From positions 1 to 43,615 of the forward strand of contig JAQVBK010000001.1 in the NCBI GenBank assembly GCA_028690365.1: a stretch of 43,615 nt of DNA, in the 5' to 3' direction. The notes below the pieces were generated by a model. It did not search any database and was not told where the DNA came from. It worked only from the letters and a program-made list of their open reading frames with translations. This document shows, piece by piece, positions 28,593-38,054 of this stretch. A program made the translations under genes and the position numbers. The DNA is from Candidatus Cloacimonadota bacterium. GTDB lineage: Bacteria; Cloacimonadota; Cloacimonadia; Cloacimonadales; JAQVBK01. Every line of letters begins with the position of its first letter. Position 1 is the first letter of the stretch.

Positions 28593-29513
28593 GTGGAGGT
28601 AGAATTGTCTGATTTAGTGATTAGAGGGAAAACTACAGATAACTTCATAAGATTCTTTGCGGTGGATTCGACAGAAACTTCACGGGAAGCAATGAGAATT
28701 CACTCATTTTCTATTACTGCGGCTACCCTGTTTTCAAGAATAGCCTCGGCATGCTTGATGATGAGCTCAGACCTCAAAGATGATTTGCATCTGCTTACTT
28801 TGAAAGTTGATGGTGATGGACCTATCGAATCTGTCCTGGCAACTGCTAACAGAAAAGGACATCTTAAAGGATATGTGCGTAACCCCAAAGTGGAACTACC
28901 ACTGGATGAAAAAAACAGAAAAATTAATGTAGGAAAAGCCGTCGGAAGAGGAACACTAACGGTTATTAAAGATCTTGGGTTGAAAAATCCTTACAATGGT
29001 CAGGTAGAATTAGTTAGCGGAGAAATTGCTGAAGATTTAACATATTACTTTGTTAAATCAGATCAAATTCCAACCTCAGTAGCTCTCGGAGTCCTGATTG
29101 AGCCGGATGGAACCATCAGAAAATCAGGAGGTTTTATTGTTCAGCTAATGCCGCAAACACCCGAGGAAGTAATCAGCCGATTGGAGAAGAATCTTGCAAA
29201 TTTGCCAAACATCAGCGATCTGATGGACATGGGTTATGACATAGAAAAAATTGTTTCTGATCTTGTACTGAAAGGGTTCGGTGTAGAAATTACCTCCGAA
29301 AATCAGGCATCATATACGTGTAACTGTTCTAAAGAACGTTTCAGAACCGGATTGAAACTCTTGGGAAAAGATGAGCTTATTGACCTTCCGCTTCAGGATG
29401 ATTCTATATCAACAGAATGTCATTTCTGTGGGAAAAAATATGATTTCTCAAAAACAGAAATTGAAGAAATTATAAAGGAATTAGAAAGAGAAAGACCAGA
29501 TAAAACAGAGTAA
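28593..29513 (+). CDS. hslO: Redox-regulated chaperone Hsp33
   Basis: It has an Hsp33 N-terminal pattern (IRFFAVDSTETSREAMRIH) and the C-terminal zinc centre CNCSKERF...CHFCGKKY. I place the start at in-frame GTG 28593, immediately after the upstream stop. The ORF-track start at 28542 would overlap the previous gene by 50 nt. Confidence 0.85.
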   Translation: MEVELSDLVIRGKTTDNFIRFFAVDSTETSREAMRIHSFSITAATLFSRIASACLMMSSDLKDDLHLLTLKVDGDGPIESVLATANRKGHLKGYVRNPKVELPLDEKNRKINVGKAVGRGTLTVIKDLGLKNPYNGQVELVSGEIAEDLTYYFVKSDQIPTSVALGVLIEPDGTIRKSGGFIVQLMPQTPEEVISRLEKNLANLPNISDLMDMGYDIEKIVSDLVLKGFGVEITSENQASYTCNCSKERFRTGLKLLGKDELIDLPLQDDSISTECHFCGKKYDFSKTEIEEIIKELERERPDKTE

Positions 29514-29580
29514 AGATGAATGGCTCAGGACTAGATTGTGATTAAACATCAGGTTGAGTTAATGTGAGATTACCTTATAA

Positions 29581-31445
29581 ATGCCGGGAGGAAAACTGAA
29601 AGAAAAGATGAAGGCTATCAATGACAGAATGATTGTTCTTCTGTTTTGGCTGCTATTCTCACTTTTCTCTCCGCTTGGGGCTGTAGTTTCTTCAGCGGAC
29701 AGTGCTGGGATAATCAGTAGTATTGGAATTGCAATACTTGCTGCTTCTCTGATGGCATATTTTTGCTATAAACTTAAACAACCCCTTATTTTGGCGTATC
29801 TGGCGGCAGGAGTAATAATTGGTCCGGAGATTGGAGTCGGTCTAATAAAAGATATGGGGGAAATCAGGTCTATTTCAAATTTCGGTTTAATTCTTCTCAT
29901 GTTTCTTATTGGGTTGGAAATTGATCTCAAAAAATTCAGATCTGCCGGTAAATCTTTATTAATAACTGGATTGCTTCAGTTTCCTTTGACTATTGTGGTT
30001 GGAGTAGGGTTTTGTTATCTTATTGGAATTCCAGCAGATATAACCCAAATGGGAATACTGTATTTGGCTGTTGGTATAAGCTTGAGCAGTGCGGCAATAA
30101 TTGTGAAACAGTTATATGCCAAGCATGAGCTAGATACTCTTGCCGGAAGAACAACTCTGGGAATTCTGGTTTTTCAGTCATTGTGGGCGATGGTTCTGCT
30201 TAGTTTGCAACAGAATCTTTTAACTGGTGATCTCTTTTCTGAGTTTTTAGCAATTCTGAAGGTTGCTGCTTTAGTGACAGTAAGTATGCTGTTGAGCAAG
30301 TATTTACTCCCGGTTTCTTTAAAAGTATCGCAAAAGTGCCTGAGATAGTTTTGATTTCAGCACTAGGGTGGTGTTTCATGATTTGCGGAGCAGCATATTA
30401 CCTCAATATTTCATTGCCGGTGGGAGCGTTGATTGCCGGAGTAGCTATTTCAACCTTTCCCTATAATCTTGATGTCATCTCGAAAATTACTAATATTCGG
30501 GTCTTCTTCTCGACGCTCTTTTTTGTTTCTGTCGGGATGCAAATTCCAAATCCGTTTCTCAATCCTGAACTGTTTTTGATAGCCTTTGCAGCTTCATTTC
30601 TTTTGATAGTATCGCGTTTCATTATTGTTTTCCCTGTTCTTTTCTCACTGAAAAATGGGTTGCGTGCAAGTTTACTCCCGGCAATTAATCTGACACAAAT
30701 GAGTGAACTCTCCATTGCAATAGCTATTTTGGGAGTTTCAGTGGGTCATATTTCGACAGATGTATTGTCGATTATAATCTTTATTTTTGTGATAACGTCA
30801 ATAATATCAACGTATATGATGACTTGTAGTGATCATTTGCAAAGACGCATTAGCAAAATTCTCACAAAAGCGGGATTAAAAGACATTGCAGGGAAAACTG
30901 ACATTAACGATGATGAAAACAAAAAAGAGATACTCCTGTTAGGTTTCTACAGGGTTGCGAGTTCACTTTTAAGCGAAGTTCTTGTTTCAGAAGAAGAAAA
31001 AATTCTTTCATCAGTTAAACAAAAAATCATTGTGGTAGATTTTAATCCCGAGATTCACCAATTGCTGAAAAAAAAAGGAATAAAAGCACTTTACGGAGAT
31101 GTTAGTCATCTCGATTCTCTACGCAATATCAATATGCAGGACATAAAACTGATAATTTCAACTATTCCCGACACAATACTGGTAGGAACCAATAACAACA
31201 GGCTTGTTAGGCAAATGAAGGTTCTCTGCCCGCAGGCAAAGATAATTGTTACTGCAGATAGTATTGTTCATGCTGAAAATATGTATAAATCCGGTGCCGA
31301 CTATGTATTTTTGCCAAGAATTCTTTCGGCTAGAAGTATCGGGAAAATTATTGAACTGATTATGAGTAATTCAGTTGAAGAGATAAATGAATTTATCAAT
31401 TCAGAAAAAGAAGACCTGAAAAATCGTGTTGAACTGATGCGGTAA
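29581..31445 (+). pseudogene. Kef-type (CPA2) cation:proton antiporter with a C-terminal RCK/TrkA-N domain, split by a frameshift
   Basis: ORF 29581-30348 has the Na_H_exchanger N-terminal helices (LAYLAAGVIIGPEIG...). ORF 30336-31445 continues the same family (PEIVLISALGW...GALIAGVAIS), then a Rossmann-like RCK region. Reading ...KYLLPV in one frame and FKSIAKVPEIVLISAL in the other joins them seamlessly at GGTTTCTTT (~30313-30320). Confidence 0.78.
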
Positions 31446-31561
31446 TATGAACAGAATTTCTTTAAACATTTTCTCAAACAGGAGTCAAAATTGGCAAAAG
31501 AGATGATTCAGAGTCTATCCCTAAAACAAACAGTGACATCAAAACAAGTAGCTTCAGCTAA

Positions 31562-32557
31562 ATGCTTTCTTATTTAAGAACTAATCCGCAAAACTTACAA
31601 TTGCTTAAAGGCAAATTAAAAACTGGTGAAATAATTTCTGCCAGAATAATCAAGAAAATTGATGAATTCCGCTATCTGGTCGATATCAAGGATGTAGAAA
31701 TCTATGCCGAATCAGAACTAAATATAACTTCAAACAGAGTTTTTGTGCAGATAGAAACACTAAATCCCAAAATTCATCTCCGTTTTCTTCCGTATGAAGA
31801 TAATCCACGGTTTATTGAAATTATTGATATAGCCAGAAAACACAATCTGATACTGAATGAAACTAATTATTCGGTATTGGACACAATGATAAAAAACAAG
31901 TTTATTCATGAAAAGAACGATTTGAAAAAAGTTATAAAAAAAATAATTAAATTTAACTCCAGAATCTTCGAAGAAGATATCTTCTCTCTGAATGATTTCA
32001 TCAAAATAATGATAAAAAATGATAATTATGAGGAAATTGAGTTTTTTCTGGAAAACAGATTTTGGGTGTTGAATTCATCAGCAAATAATCCTATCCAGAA
32101 TTTCTGGCTCTTAAGTCAGCACTCCGATTATTTAGATTTGACTGCATCCTTACAGGGAGATGAATTAGGAAGATTACAGAAAACATTCATAATAATATCT
32201 GAAATTAATTCTCTGCATCAGGAAGCTAAATTGGATTGTGTTATTTTTTCACTGAGTGGCTCTTTTTATTATCTGCTTCTCCAAAACTTCACTGATGAAG
32301 GAACTCCCGGGAAGATTAATGCCAGGATTAATTTGCCGCATCTGGGTGAATTTAGAATTGAAATTTCGTATTTGGGCAAGCAAATTAGTTTGCAAATATT
32401 TTGCAGTAACAACACCGCCCGTAATTTTTTCAATGGCTTCAGGGATAATATTCAAAAAATAATTGTTAAAAGAGGTTATGAACTTGTCAATTATCAGAGC
32501 ACTTTTGAGACCTTAAAATCAGAACCTATTCCAAAATATGTAAATTTGATAGTGTAG
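31562..32557 (+). CDS. Hypothetical protein with a FliK-like (Flg_hook) C-terminal domain
   Basis: 331 aa. The C-terminal segment INARINLPHLGEFRIEISYLGKQISLQIFCSNNTARNFFNGFRDNIQKIIVKRGYEL fits the L.P..LG...v.l...g..l.v.f......r..l.....L...L...G pattern of hook-length-control domains. The RBS is weak. Confidence 0.45.
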   Translation: MLSYLRTNPQNLQLLKGKLKTGEIISARIIKKIDEFRYLVDIKDVEIYAESELNITSNRVFVQIETLNPKIHLRFLPYEDNPRFIEIIDIARKHNLILNETNYSVLDTMIKNKFIHEKNDLKKVIKKIIKFNSRIFEEDIFSLNDFIKIMIKNDNYEEIEFFLENRFWVLNSSANNPIQNFWLLSQHSDYLDLTASLQGDELGRLQKTFIIISEINSLHQEAKLDCVIFSLSGSFYYLLLQNFTDEGTPGKINARINLPHLGEFRIEISYLGKQISLQIFCSNNTARNFFNGFRDNIQKIIVKRGYELVNYQSTFETLKSEPIPKYVNLIV

Positions 32558-32579
32558 AGAATAATTGGGAGCAATCAAA

Positions 32580-32702
32580 ATGGAAGAAGAATTTGTCTTG
32601 AAAGAGTCTGCAGATTTGCAACAAACATGCGAGGAAAATATAGTCTCTCTATTATTGGAAATTATAAAAGAAATTTTGGAATCAGATTCTAGTGATATCT
32701 AA
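32580..32702 (+). CDS. Possible 40-aa acidic peptide
   Basis: Hand translation gives MEEEFVLKESADLQQTCEENIVSLLLEIIKEILESDSSDI*, preceded by TGGGAG. It is below the ORF-track cutoff and there is no homology evidence. Confidence 0.25.
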   Translation: MEEEFVLKESADLQQTCEENIVSLLLEIIKEILESDSSDI

Positions 32703-32774
32703 CCAAAAGAGAATTAATTTGACATTGTAAACCTTTTCCCAGTTTGTGATGCAAACAAGACTAAGGAAGGCAGA

Positions 32775-33596
32775 TTGAAAAATAGAAACATTGATTTAGA
32801 AGTGATAAAAGGCATTTCATCACTTGTCCAAAATTTTGACCAGACCAATAAGGATTCTTTTTTTACCGAAGTGTTTTCTTTCCTTCACAAAATTATTGCA
32901 TTTGACCATGCTGCAATTTTTCTGTTTGACACAGATAAGCAGCAGATTGAGCTTTCTGCTCAGGAAGGAAAGGCAATAGATCTTATCGAAGCAGTGGAGT
33001 TTGAGTTTGGAAAAGGATTTTCAGCTTGGGTGGCAAAAGAAAAGAGACCGATTCTGCTGAACAATTTAAAAGGAATTTCTCAAACATCCCGAAATATACA
33101 TTCATTCCTCTCTGTCCCACTGTTGTTGGAAAATGAATTAATTGGAGTTATTAATTTTGGACATCAGGATTTCAATGCAATTTCAGAAGAAATAATTCCT
33201 GAACTACAGATTATCACTTCTATCCTGGCCGGTTTGCTTAACAAGGGAATCCTGGTGGATAAACTAAAACAGCAGAATGAAGATATTGCCAGAATTAATA
33301 AAGAACTGCATGAAACTCATGATAAACTTGTTGCTATGGAAAAACGGGAGACTATTGCTGCAATGACTGTAAGTCTAAATCACGAAATTAATAATCCTCT
33401 CATGATCATTTCCGGTAATCTTCAGATTCTGAAAGAAACAGCATCTGAAGAGAAAGATGTCAGGAAACTGAAAATAATTGAGGAACAGGTTTCGAGAATT
33501 GCAAATGTATTACAAAAATTAAGGGAATTGCAGGAACCATATATGGAAAAATATCTCGAAGGTGATAAGGAAAACATGATTAAATTAACTCATTGA
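32775..33596 (+). CDS. GAF domain - HisKA (phospho-acceptor) protein lacking a HATPase domain
   Basis: TTG start after AAGGAAGG. It has a GAF-like core (FDHAAIFLFD...GKGFSAWVAKEKRPILLNN...SFLSVPLLLENELIGVINFGH), a coiled-coil and an H-box (MTVSLNHEINNPLMIISGNLQ). The protein ends ~60 aa after the H-box without N/G1/G2 boxes. Confidence 0.7.
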   Translation: MKNRNIDLEVIKGISSLVQNFDQTNKDSFFTEVFSFLHKIIAFDHAAIFLFDTDKQQIELSAQEGKAIDLIEAVEFEFGKGFSAWVAKEKRPILLNNLKGISQTSRNIHSFLSVPLLLENELIGVINFGHQDFNAISEEIIPELQIITSILAGLLNKGILVDKLKQQNEDIARINKELHETHDKLVAMEKRETIAAMTVSLNHEINNPLMIISGNLQILKETASEEKDVRKLKIIEEQVSRIANVLQKLRELQEPYMEKYLEGDKENMIKLTH

Positions 33597-33659
33597 TTTG
33601 AATTAGATTCATTGTCATAGCTACAAAAAAACTTATCATTTCTCTTTAATGGAAGGTAT

Positions 33660-34718
33660 ATGAAAAAAATTATTATCATAATCAGTTTTCTATTACTTGG
33701 TAGAATCCTGGCAGTTGAGAAAAAAACAAGTTGGGCAGGATATCCCTTTGCTTCATACTCCAATGAGACTAAATTGGTTTTAGGAGCTTTTTTTATCTAT
33801 GAATATGCAGACTCAGCCAGTTACAAATTTCAATTGCTCAACAATTCCTTATTTAGTATTAATAAGCAGTATATGACAATTATAATGCCTCAATTTACAA
33901 AAAACGATGAAAGTACAATCATTGATCTTACCATAAAAGCCAGAAAGTGGCCGAGTTCATTTTATGGAATAGGAAACAATACGCTGGAGGATGATGAGGA
34001 AAAATATGTGCCGATTCAATATGAAGCTGAATTGGAATACAAACAGAAGGTGGCAGAACATCTTTATCTGTCAGGGATAGCCCAGATAATTGATACCAGA
34101 ATGACTCATTTGGATTCAGAGGGTGAGCTTGCCAAAAAAACGATTCCAGGTTCCGAAAAAAATATGCTTACAGGAGTTGGAGCAGCTGTCACTTTGGATA
34201 AAAGAGATGATAAAAATTATTCTACTTCCGGTTATTATCTCAGTTTTCGCAGTGTAAAGTTTACGGATGCTTTAGGTAGCGATTATAATTTGTTCAAAAG
34301 TGAACTGGATGTCCGACAATTTATTGATCTTCCCCATCAACAAGTTCTGGCGTTTCAGGGACTTTTCCGATGGGTTACTGGTAATCCAGCTTTTAAAATT
34401 CTTCCGGATTTGGGAAATAATATTCGTGGATATGATTCGGGTCGATTCATTGACAATTACTTGTCTGTGATAAAAACAGAATATAAAGTTTTTCCATGGA
34501 AAGAGGGATTTCTGAGAAGAGTAGGATTTGTAGCTTTTGCAGAGTTTGGGCAGGTTGCTTCTGAGATTAATGCTATCAGAATGAAAGAAACAAAATGTGC
34601 TTTTGGGTTTGGAACTCGCTTCCTAATTTTACCTGAGAGTAAACTTAGTCTTCGTTTTGAATTTGGTTTTGGTAAAGATTCTACAGATATGATATTTACA
34701 GCAAGGGAAGAATTTTAA
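33660..34718 (+). CDS. Omp85/BamA-family outer-membrane beta-barrel protein (surface antigen D15 domain only)
   Basis: It has a signal peptide (MKKIIIIISFLLLGRILA) and alternating beta-strand patterns. The C-terminal part (RGYDSGRF...FAEFGQV...FGFGTRFL...LRFEFGFG...F) with a terminal aromatic residue is typical of Omp85 barrels. Confidence 0.68.
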   Translation: MKKIIIIISFLLLGRILAVEKKTSWAGYPFASYSNETKLVLGAFFIYEYADSASYKFQLLNNSLFSINKQYMTIIMPQFTKNDESTIIDLTIKARKWPSSFYGIGNNTLEDDEEKYVPIQYEAELEYKQKVAEHLYLSGIAQIIDTRMTHLDSEGELAKKTIPGSEKNMLTGVGAAVTLDKRDDKNYSTSGYYLSFRSVKFTDALGSDYNLFKSELDVRQFIDLPHQQVLAFQGLFRWVTGNPAFKILPDLGNNIRGYDSGRFIDNYLSVIKTEYKVFPWKEGFLRRVGFVAFAEFGQVASEINAIRMKETKCAFGFGTRFLILPESKLSLRFEFGFGKDSTDMIFTAREEF

Positions 34719-35335
34719 TGAGAATAGGTTTATTGGGGGGAAGTTTTAATCCGGTACATAATGGACATTTAGCCATAGCTTTGGAAGTGTTGTCAAGATT
34801 GGAATTAGATCGTGTCTGGTTTGTACCGGCAGGGATCCCGCCCCACAAATCGTCGGAAGAATTACTACCATTTACGCTAAGGTGTAAACTCATTAAAGAT
34901 GCAATAGAAAATTTTCCACACTTTGAATTGATAGAAAAAGATTACAGACCCGGAAAGAAAAGTTATACCTTTGATTTGATTGAATATTTACGTAGTGAGT
35001 TTCCAGAGGTGGAATTCAATTTTATAATCGGGGATGATATTGTGCCGCAATTGATGACATGGTACAGATTCAGTGAGTTATTGGAGATTGTTAAATTTGT
35101 AGTTGTGAGTCGAAAGAATAGAGACAAATCATGGGAAAATCTGGATTATATTGATAAATTGATATTTCTGAAAACTGACATAATAGAAGTTTCATCAAGC
35201 GATATCAGACGGAAAATCAAAAATGGTCATAACATAAGCAGTATGGTTCCTCAAAATGTTTGGGAGTATTTTCAAACCGGATTTGACGATGAACGGAAAA
35301 TCAACCCGTGGAGGCAGTATGACAAAGAATTCTAA
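34718..35335 (+). CDS. nadD: Nicotinate-nucleotide adenylyltransferase
   Basis: RIGLLGGSFNPVHNGHL (the (H/T)xGH motif) and a C-terminal ISSSDIRRKI (ISSTxxR-like) are present. Its start overlaps the upstream stop (TAATG). Confidence 0.9.
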   Translation: MRIGLLGGSFNPVHNGHLAIALEVLSRLELDRVWFVPAGIPPHKSSEELLPFTLRCKLIKDAIENFPHFELIEKDYRPGKKSYTFDLIEYLRSEFPEVEFNFIIGDDIVPQLMTWYRFSELLEIVKFVVVSRKNRDKSWENLDYIDKLIFLKTDIIEVSSSDIRRKIKNGHNISSMVPQNVWEYFQTGFDDERKINPWRQYDKEF

Positions 35336-37010
35336 TGATTATACAATTCTCAATGCTTTTAGTAAAATCGTAGCAAAATATTCTTCCAGACCTGCACTGG
35401 GCTGGGTTGGCGAAGACCCTTTAACTTATGGAGAAGTCTCTGTAATGATTAACGAGGTTCAATTAATTCTCAAGAGACAGGGAATCGATAAGGGCGATAA
35501 AATAGTCATACTTAGCGAGAATAGTCCAAATTGGGGGATTGCTTATCTTGCAATTACGACCCTGGGAGCAGTGGCTGTTCCGGTATTAACAGATTTTCAT
35601 GCCAATGAGATTATACATATAATCAGACATTCCGGTTCAAAAGCAATATTTGTTTCTCAAAAATTCTTAGAAAAGATTGAAGATCATAAATCTGAGTTTC
35701 TGGACACAGTCATTCTTATTGATGATTTCAGTTTGATACCATTTAAAGAAGACAAAGAAATATTTAAAAAATTGTACAATGACGGGAAAAAAGAAATTAA
35801 CCGTTTAAAAAAAACAGCTATGCAGATGGCGGGGATAACTTCAGCCAATGTTGATGAAAATGATTTAGCTGCCATTGTTTATACTTCAGGAACTACAGGT
35901 AATTCCAAAGGTGTAATGCTTACCAATAAAAATATAATTTTTGATGCTGTGAATACTCTTGCAATTCAGGATGTTACCTATACTGACCGCTTATTATCAG
36001 TCTTACCTTTGTCCCATACTTATGAATGTACGATTGGATTTCTTATCCCGATGATTACCGGAGCTTCCATATATTACTTGAGAAAACCTCCTACAGGGAG
36101 TGTTCTGATTCCGGCAATGGCTCTTATAAGACCTACCATGATTCTTACGGTTCCCCTGATTATAGAAAAAATCTTTAAAACAAAAATCTATCCGGAGCTT
36201 ACAAAAAATCATCTTCGCAAATATCTCTATAAAATTCCCTTTGTAAGAAAAGCACTTCATTTTGTAGCAGGACGCAAGCTTTTTAAAACATTTGGTGGTA
36301 AACTGCATTTCTTTGGAATTGGAGGAGCTCTTCTAAGTGCTGACGTTGAAAGATTTTTAAGAGAAGCCAAGTTTCCCTATGCTATTGGATATGGTTTAAC
36401 GGAGACATCTCCGCTAATTGCCGGTTGTGCTCCCTCAATAACAAAATTTCGTTCTACCGGACCAGTAATCCCCAATATTAGTGTTAGAATTGCAGATCCG
36501 GATGAAAATGGAGAAGGTGAGATTCAAGTGAAAGGTGATAATGTAATGTTGGGTTACTATAAAGATCCTGACAGAACAAAAGAGGTTTTTACTACCGACA
36601 AATACTTTAAAACAGGTGATCTGGGAGTAATAAAAAATCGCTATCTATACATTAAGGGCAGAATAAAAAATGTCATAGTGGGTCCAAGCGGAGAAAATAT
36701 TTATCCTGAAGAGATTGAATCCATTATTAATGAGCACGATCTGGTACTTGAATCTCTAGTTTATGAGTCAGAAGGGAAAATCGTGGCAAAAGTATACCTT
36801 AATTATGAAATTATCGATTCTGAAATAAACATAGGTCATCGCTATGGAAAGGAAGTAGAAGCAAAAATCAAATCAATCCTATCTGACATAAGGAATTTTG
36901 CGAACTCAAAAGTCTCACAGTTTTCCAAAATAAAAAAGATAACAGAGCAGGCAGAACCATTTGAGAAGACTCCAACGAAAAAAATTAAAAGATATTTATA
37001 TACTAATTAA
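35319..37010 (+). CDS. Long-chain fatty-acid-CoA ligase / AMP-dependent synthetase
   Basis: It has the AMP-binding motif VYTSGTTGNSKGVMLT, plus GYGLTETS and FKTGDLG. I prefer ATG 35319 (MTKNSNDYTIL, after GTGGAGG) to the ORF-track start at 35256, which lies deep inside nadD. Confidence 0.85.
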   Translation: MTKNSNDYTILNAFSKIVAKYSSRPALGWVGEDPLTYGEVSVMINEVQLILKRQGIDKGDKIVILSENSPNWGIAYLAITTLGAVAVPVLTDFHANEIIHIIRHSGSKAIFVSQKFLEKIEDHKSEFLDTVILIDDFSLIPFKEDKEIFKKLYNDGKKEINRLKKTAMQMAGITSANVDENDLAAIVYTSGTTGNSKGVMLTNKNIIFDAVNTLAIQDVTYTDRLLSVLPLSHTYECTIGFLIPMITGASIYYLRKPPTGSVLIPAMALIRPTMILTVPLIIEKIFKTKIYPELTKNHLRKYLYKIPFVRKALHFVAGRKLFKTFGGKLHFFGIGGALLSADVERFLREAKFPYAIGYGLTETSPLIAGCAPSITKFRSTGPVIPNISVRIADPDENGEGEIQVKGDNVMLGYYKDPDRTKEVFTTDKYFKTGDLGVIKNRYLYIKGRIKNVIVGPSGENIYPEEIESIINEHDLVLESLVYESEGKIVAKVYLNYEIIDSEINIGHRYGKEVEAKIKSILSDIRNFANSKVSQFSKIKKITEQAEPFEKTPTKKIKRYLYTN

Positions 37011-37237
37011 CTAAAGATATTTTCTAATGCAAAAATGTCATGAGTAAAATAGTTCATAGTGTAAAATAAATTTTGGTTTACAACTAAATGTTCTTAATTT
37101 GTAGGAAGACATAAATAGGAATAATTACTAAATAGATGTTGGTTTAAATGTCTTATAGCTATAGTAACAGAAACACATTGTCACTGAAACGTTATACGTG
37201 AGAAAAACGAGCAGCAGCTCTGCAATAAAGAGGAATC

Positions 37238-38044
37238 ATGCCAGAATTACCGGAAGTTCAAACAATAATAGACGAACTAAAAATACATATTCAGGGTAGA
37301 ACAATTGTTCACATTGAAGAGTATAGAAAAGGAACAATTCAGGATTCCACTGATGCGGATTTTCTTCCCTTCAGAATAAAAGAAGTTTTCAGACGGGGTA
37401 AGTATATTGTTTTTGATAGCGATTCTGAATTCATGATGATTATTCATCTTCGGATGACAGGAAAACTTATCTTCAATGAGGGGGAACGTAAGCTAGACCA
37501 CGTTCGTGCTGAAGTTTTCTTTGAAAATGGCAATTCTATGCTTTTTCATGATGTTCGAACATTTGGAAAAATATATCTGATTAACCGTAGATCATACGAC
37601 CAATTTTTTTCCAAACTTGGATTAGAGCCGCTTTGCGAAGAGTGCAATCCCAGTTATCTGTTAAAAATATTCAAGGGTAAAACTGCTCCGGTGAAGAATA
37701 TTCTTCTTCAACAGGAGTTAATTGCTGGTCTGGGTAATATTTATGTTAATGAAATTCTTTTCAGGGCAAAAGTTTTACCGACGATTGCCGGGAAAGATAT
37801 AACTAAGGAGCAATCCCGAAGAATTGTAGAATCTATGCGGGTTATCTTGAAATCCGCTATAGAGAACAACGGTACTACGATTTCTGATTACAGAAGGGTT
37901 GACAATAAAACAGGCAATTTTCAAAATTTCCTCAGAGTTTATCAAAAGAAAGAATGCTCTTGTGGAGCAGATATAGTCAGAATTAAACAGGCAGGTCGAA
38001 GTACTTTTTATTGTCCTGAATGTCAGAATGATAAAAAAAAATAG
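37238..38044 (+). CDS. mutM: Formamidopyrimidine-DNA glycosylase
   Basis: The N-terminus MPELPEVQTI has the catalytic Pro2/Glu3. An H2TH region (LLQQELIAGLGNIYVNEILF) and a C-terminal zinc finger CSCG...CPEC are also present. Confidence 0.93.
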   Translation: MPELPEVQTIIDELKIHIQGRTIVHIEEYRKGTIQDSTDADFLPFRIKEVFRRGKYIVFDSDSEFMMIIHLRMTGKLIFNEGERKLDHVRAEVFFENGNSMLFHDVRTFGKIYLINRRSYDQFFSKLGLEPLCEECNPSYLLKIFKGKTAPVKNILLQQELIAGLGNIYVNEILFRAKVLPTIAGKDITKEQSRRIVESMRVILKSAIENNGTTISDYRRVDNKTGNFQNFLRVYQKKECSCGADIVRIKQAGRSTFYCPECQNDKKK

Positions 38045-38054
38045 TGGAGGATTA

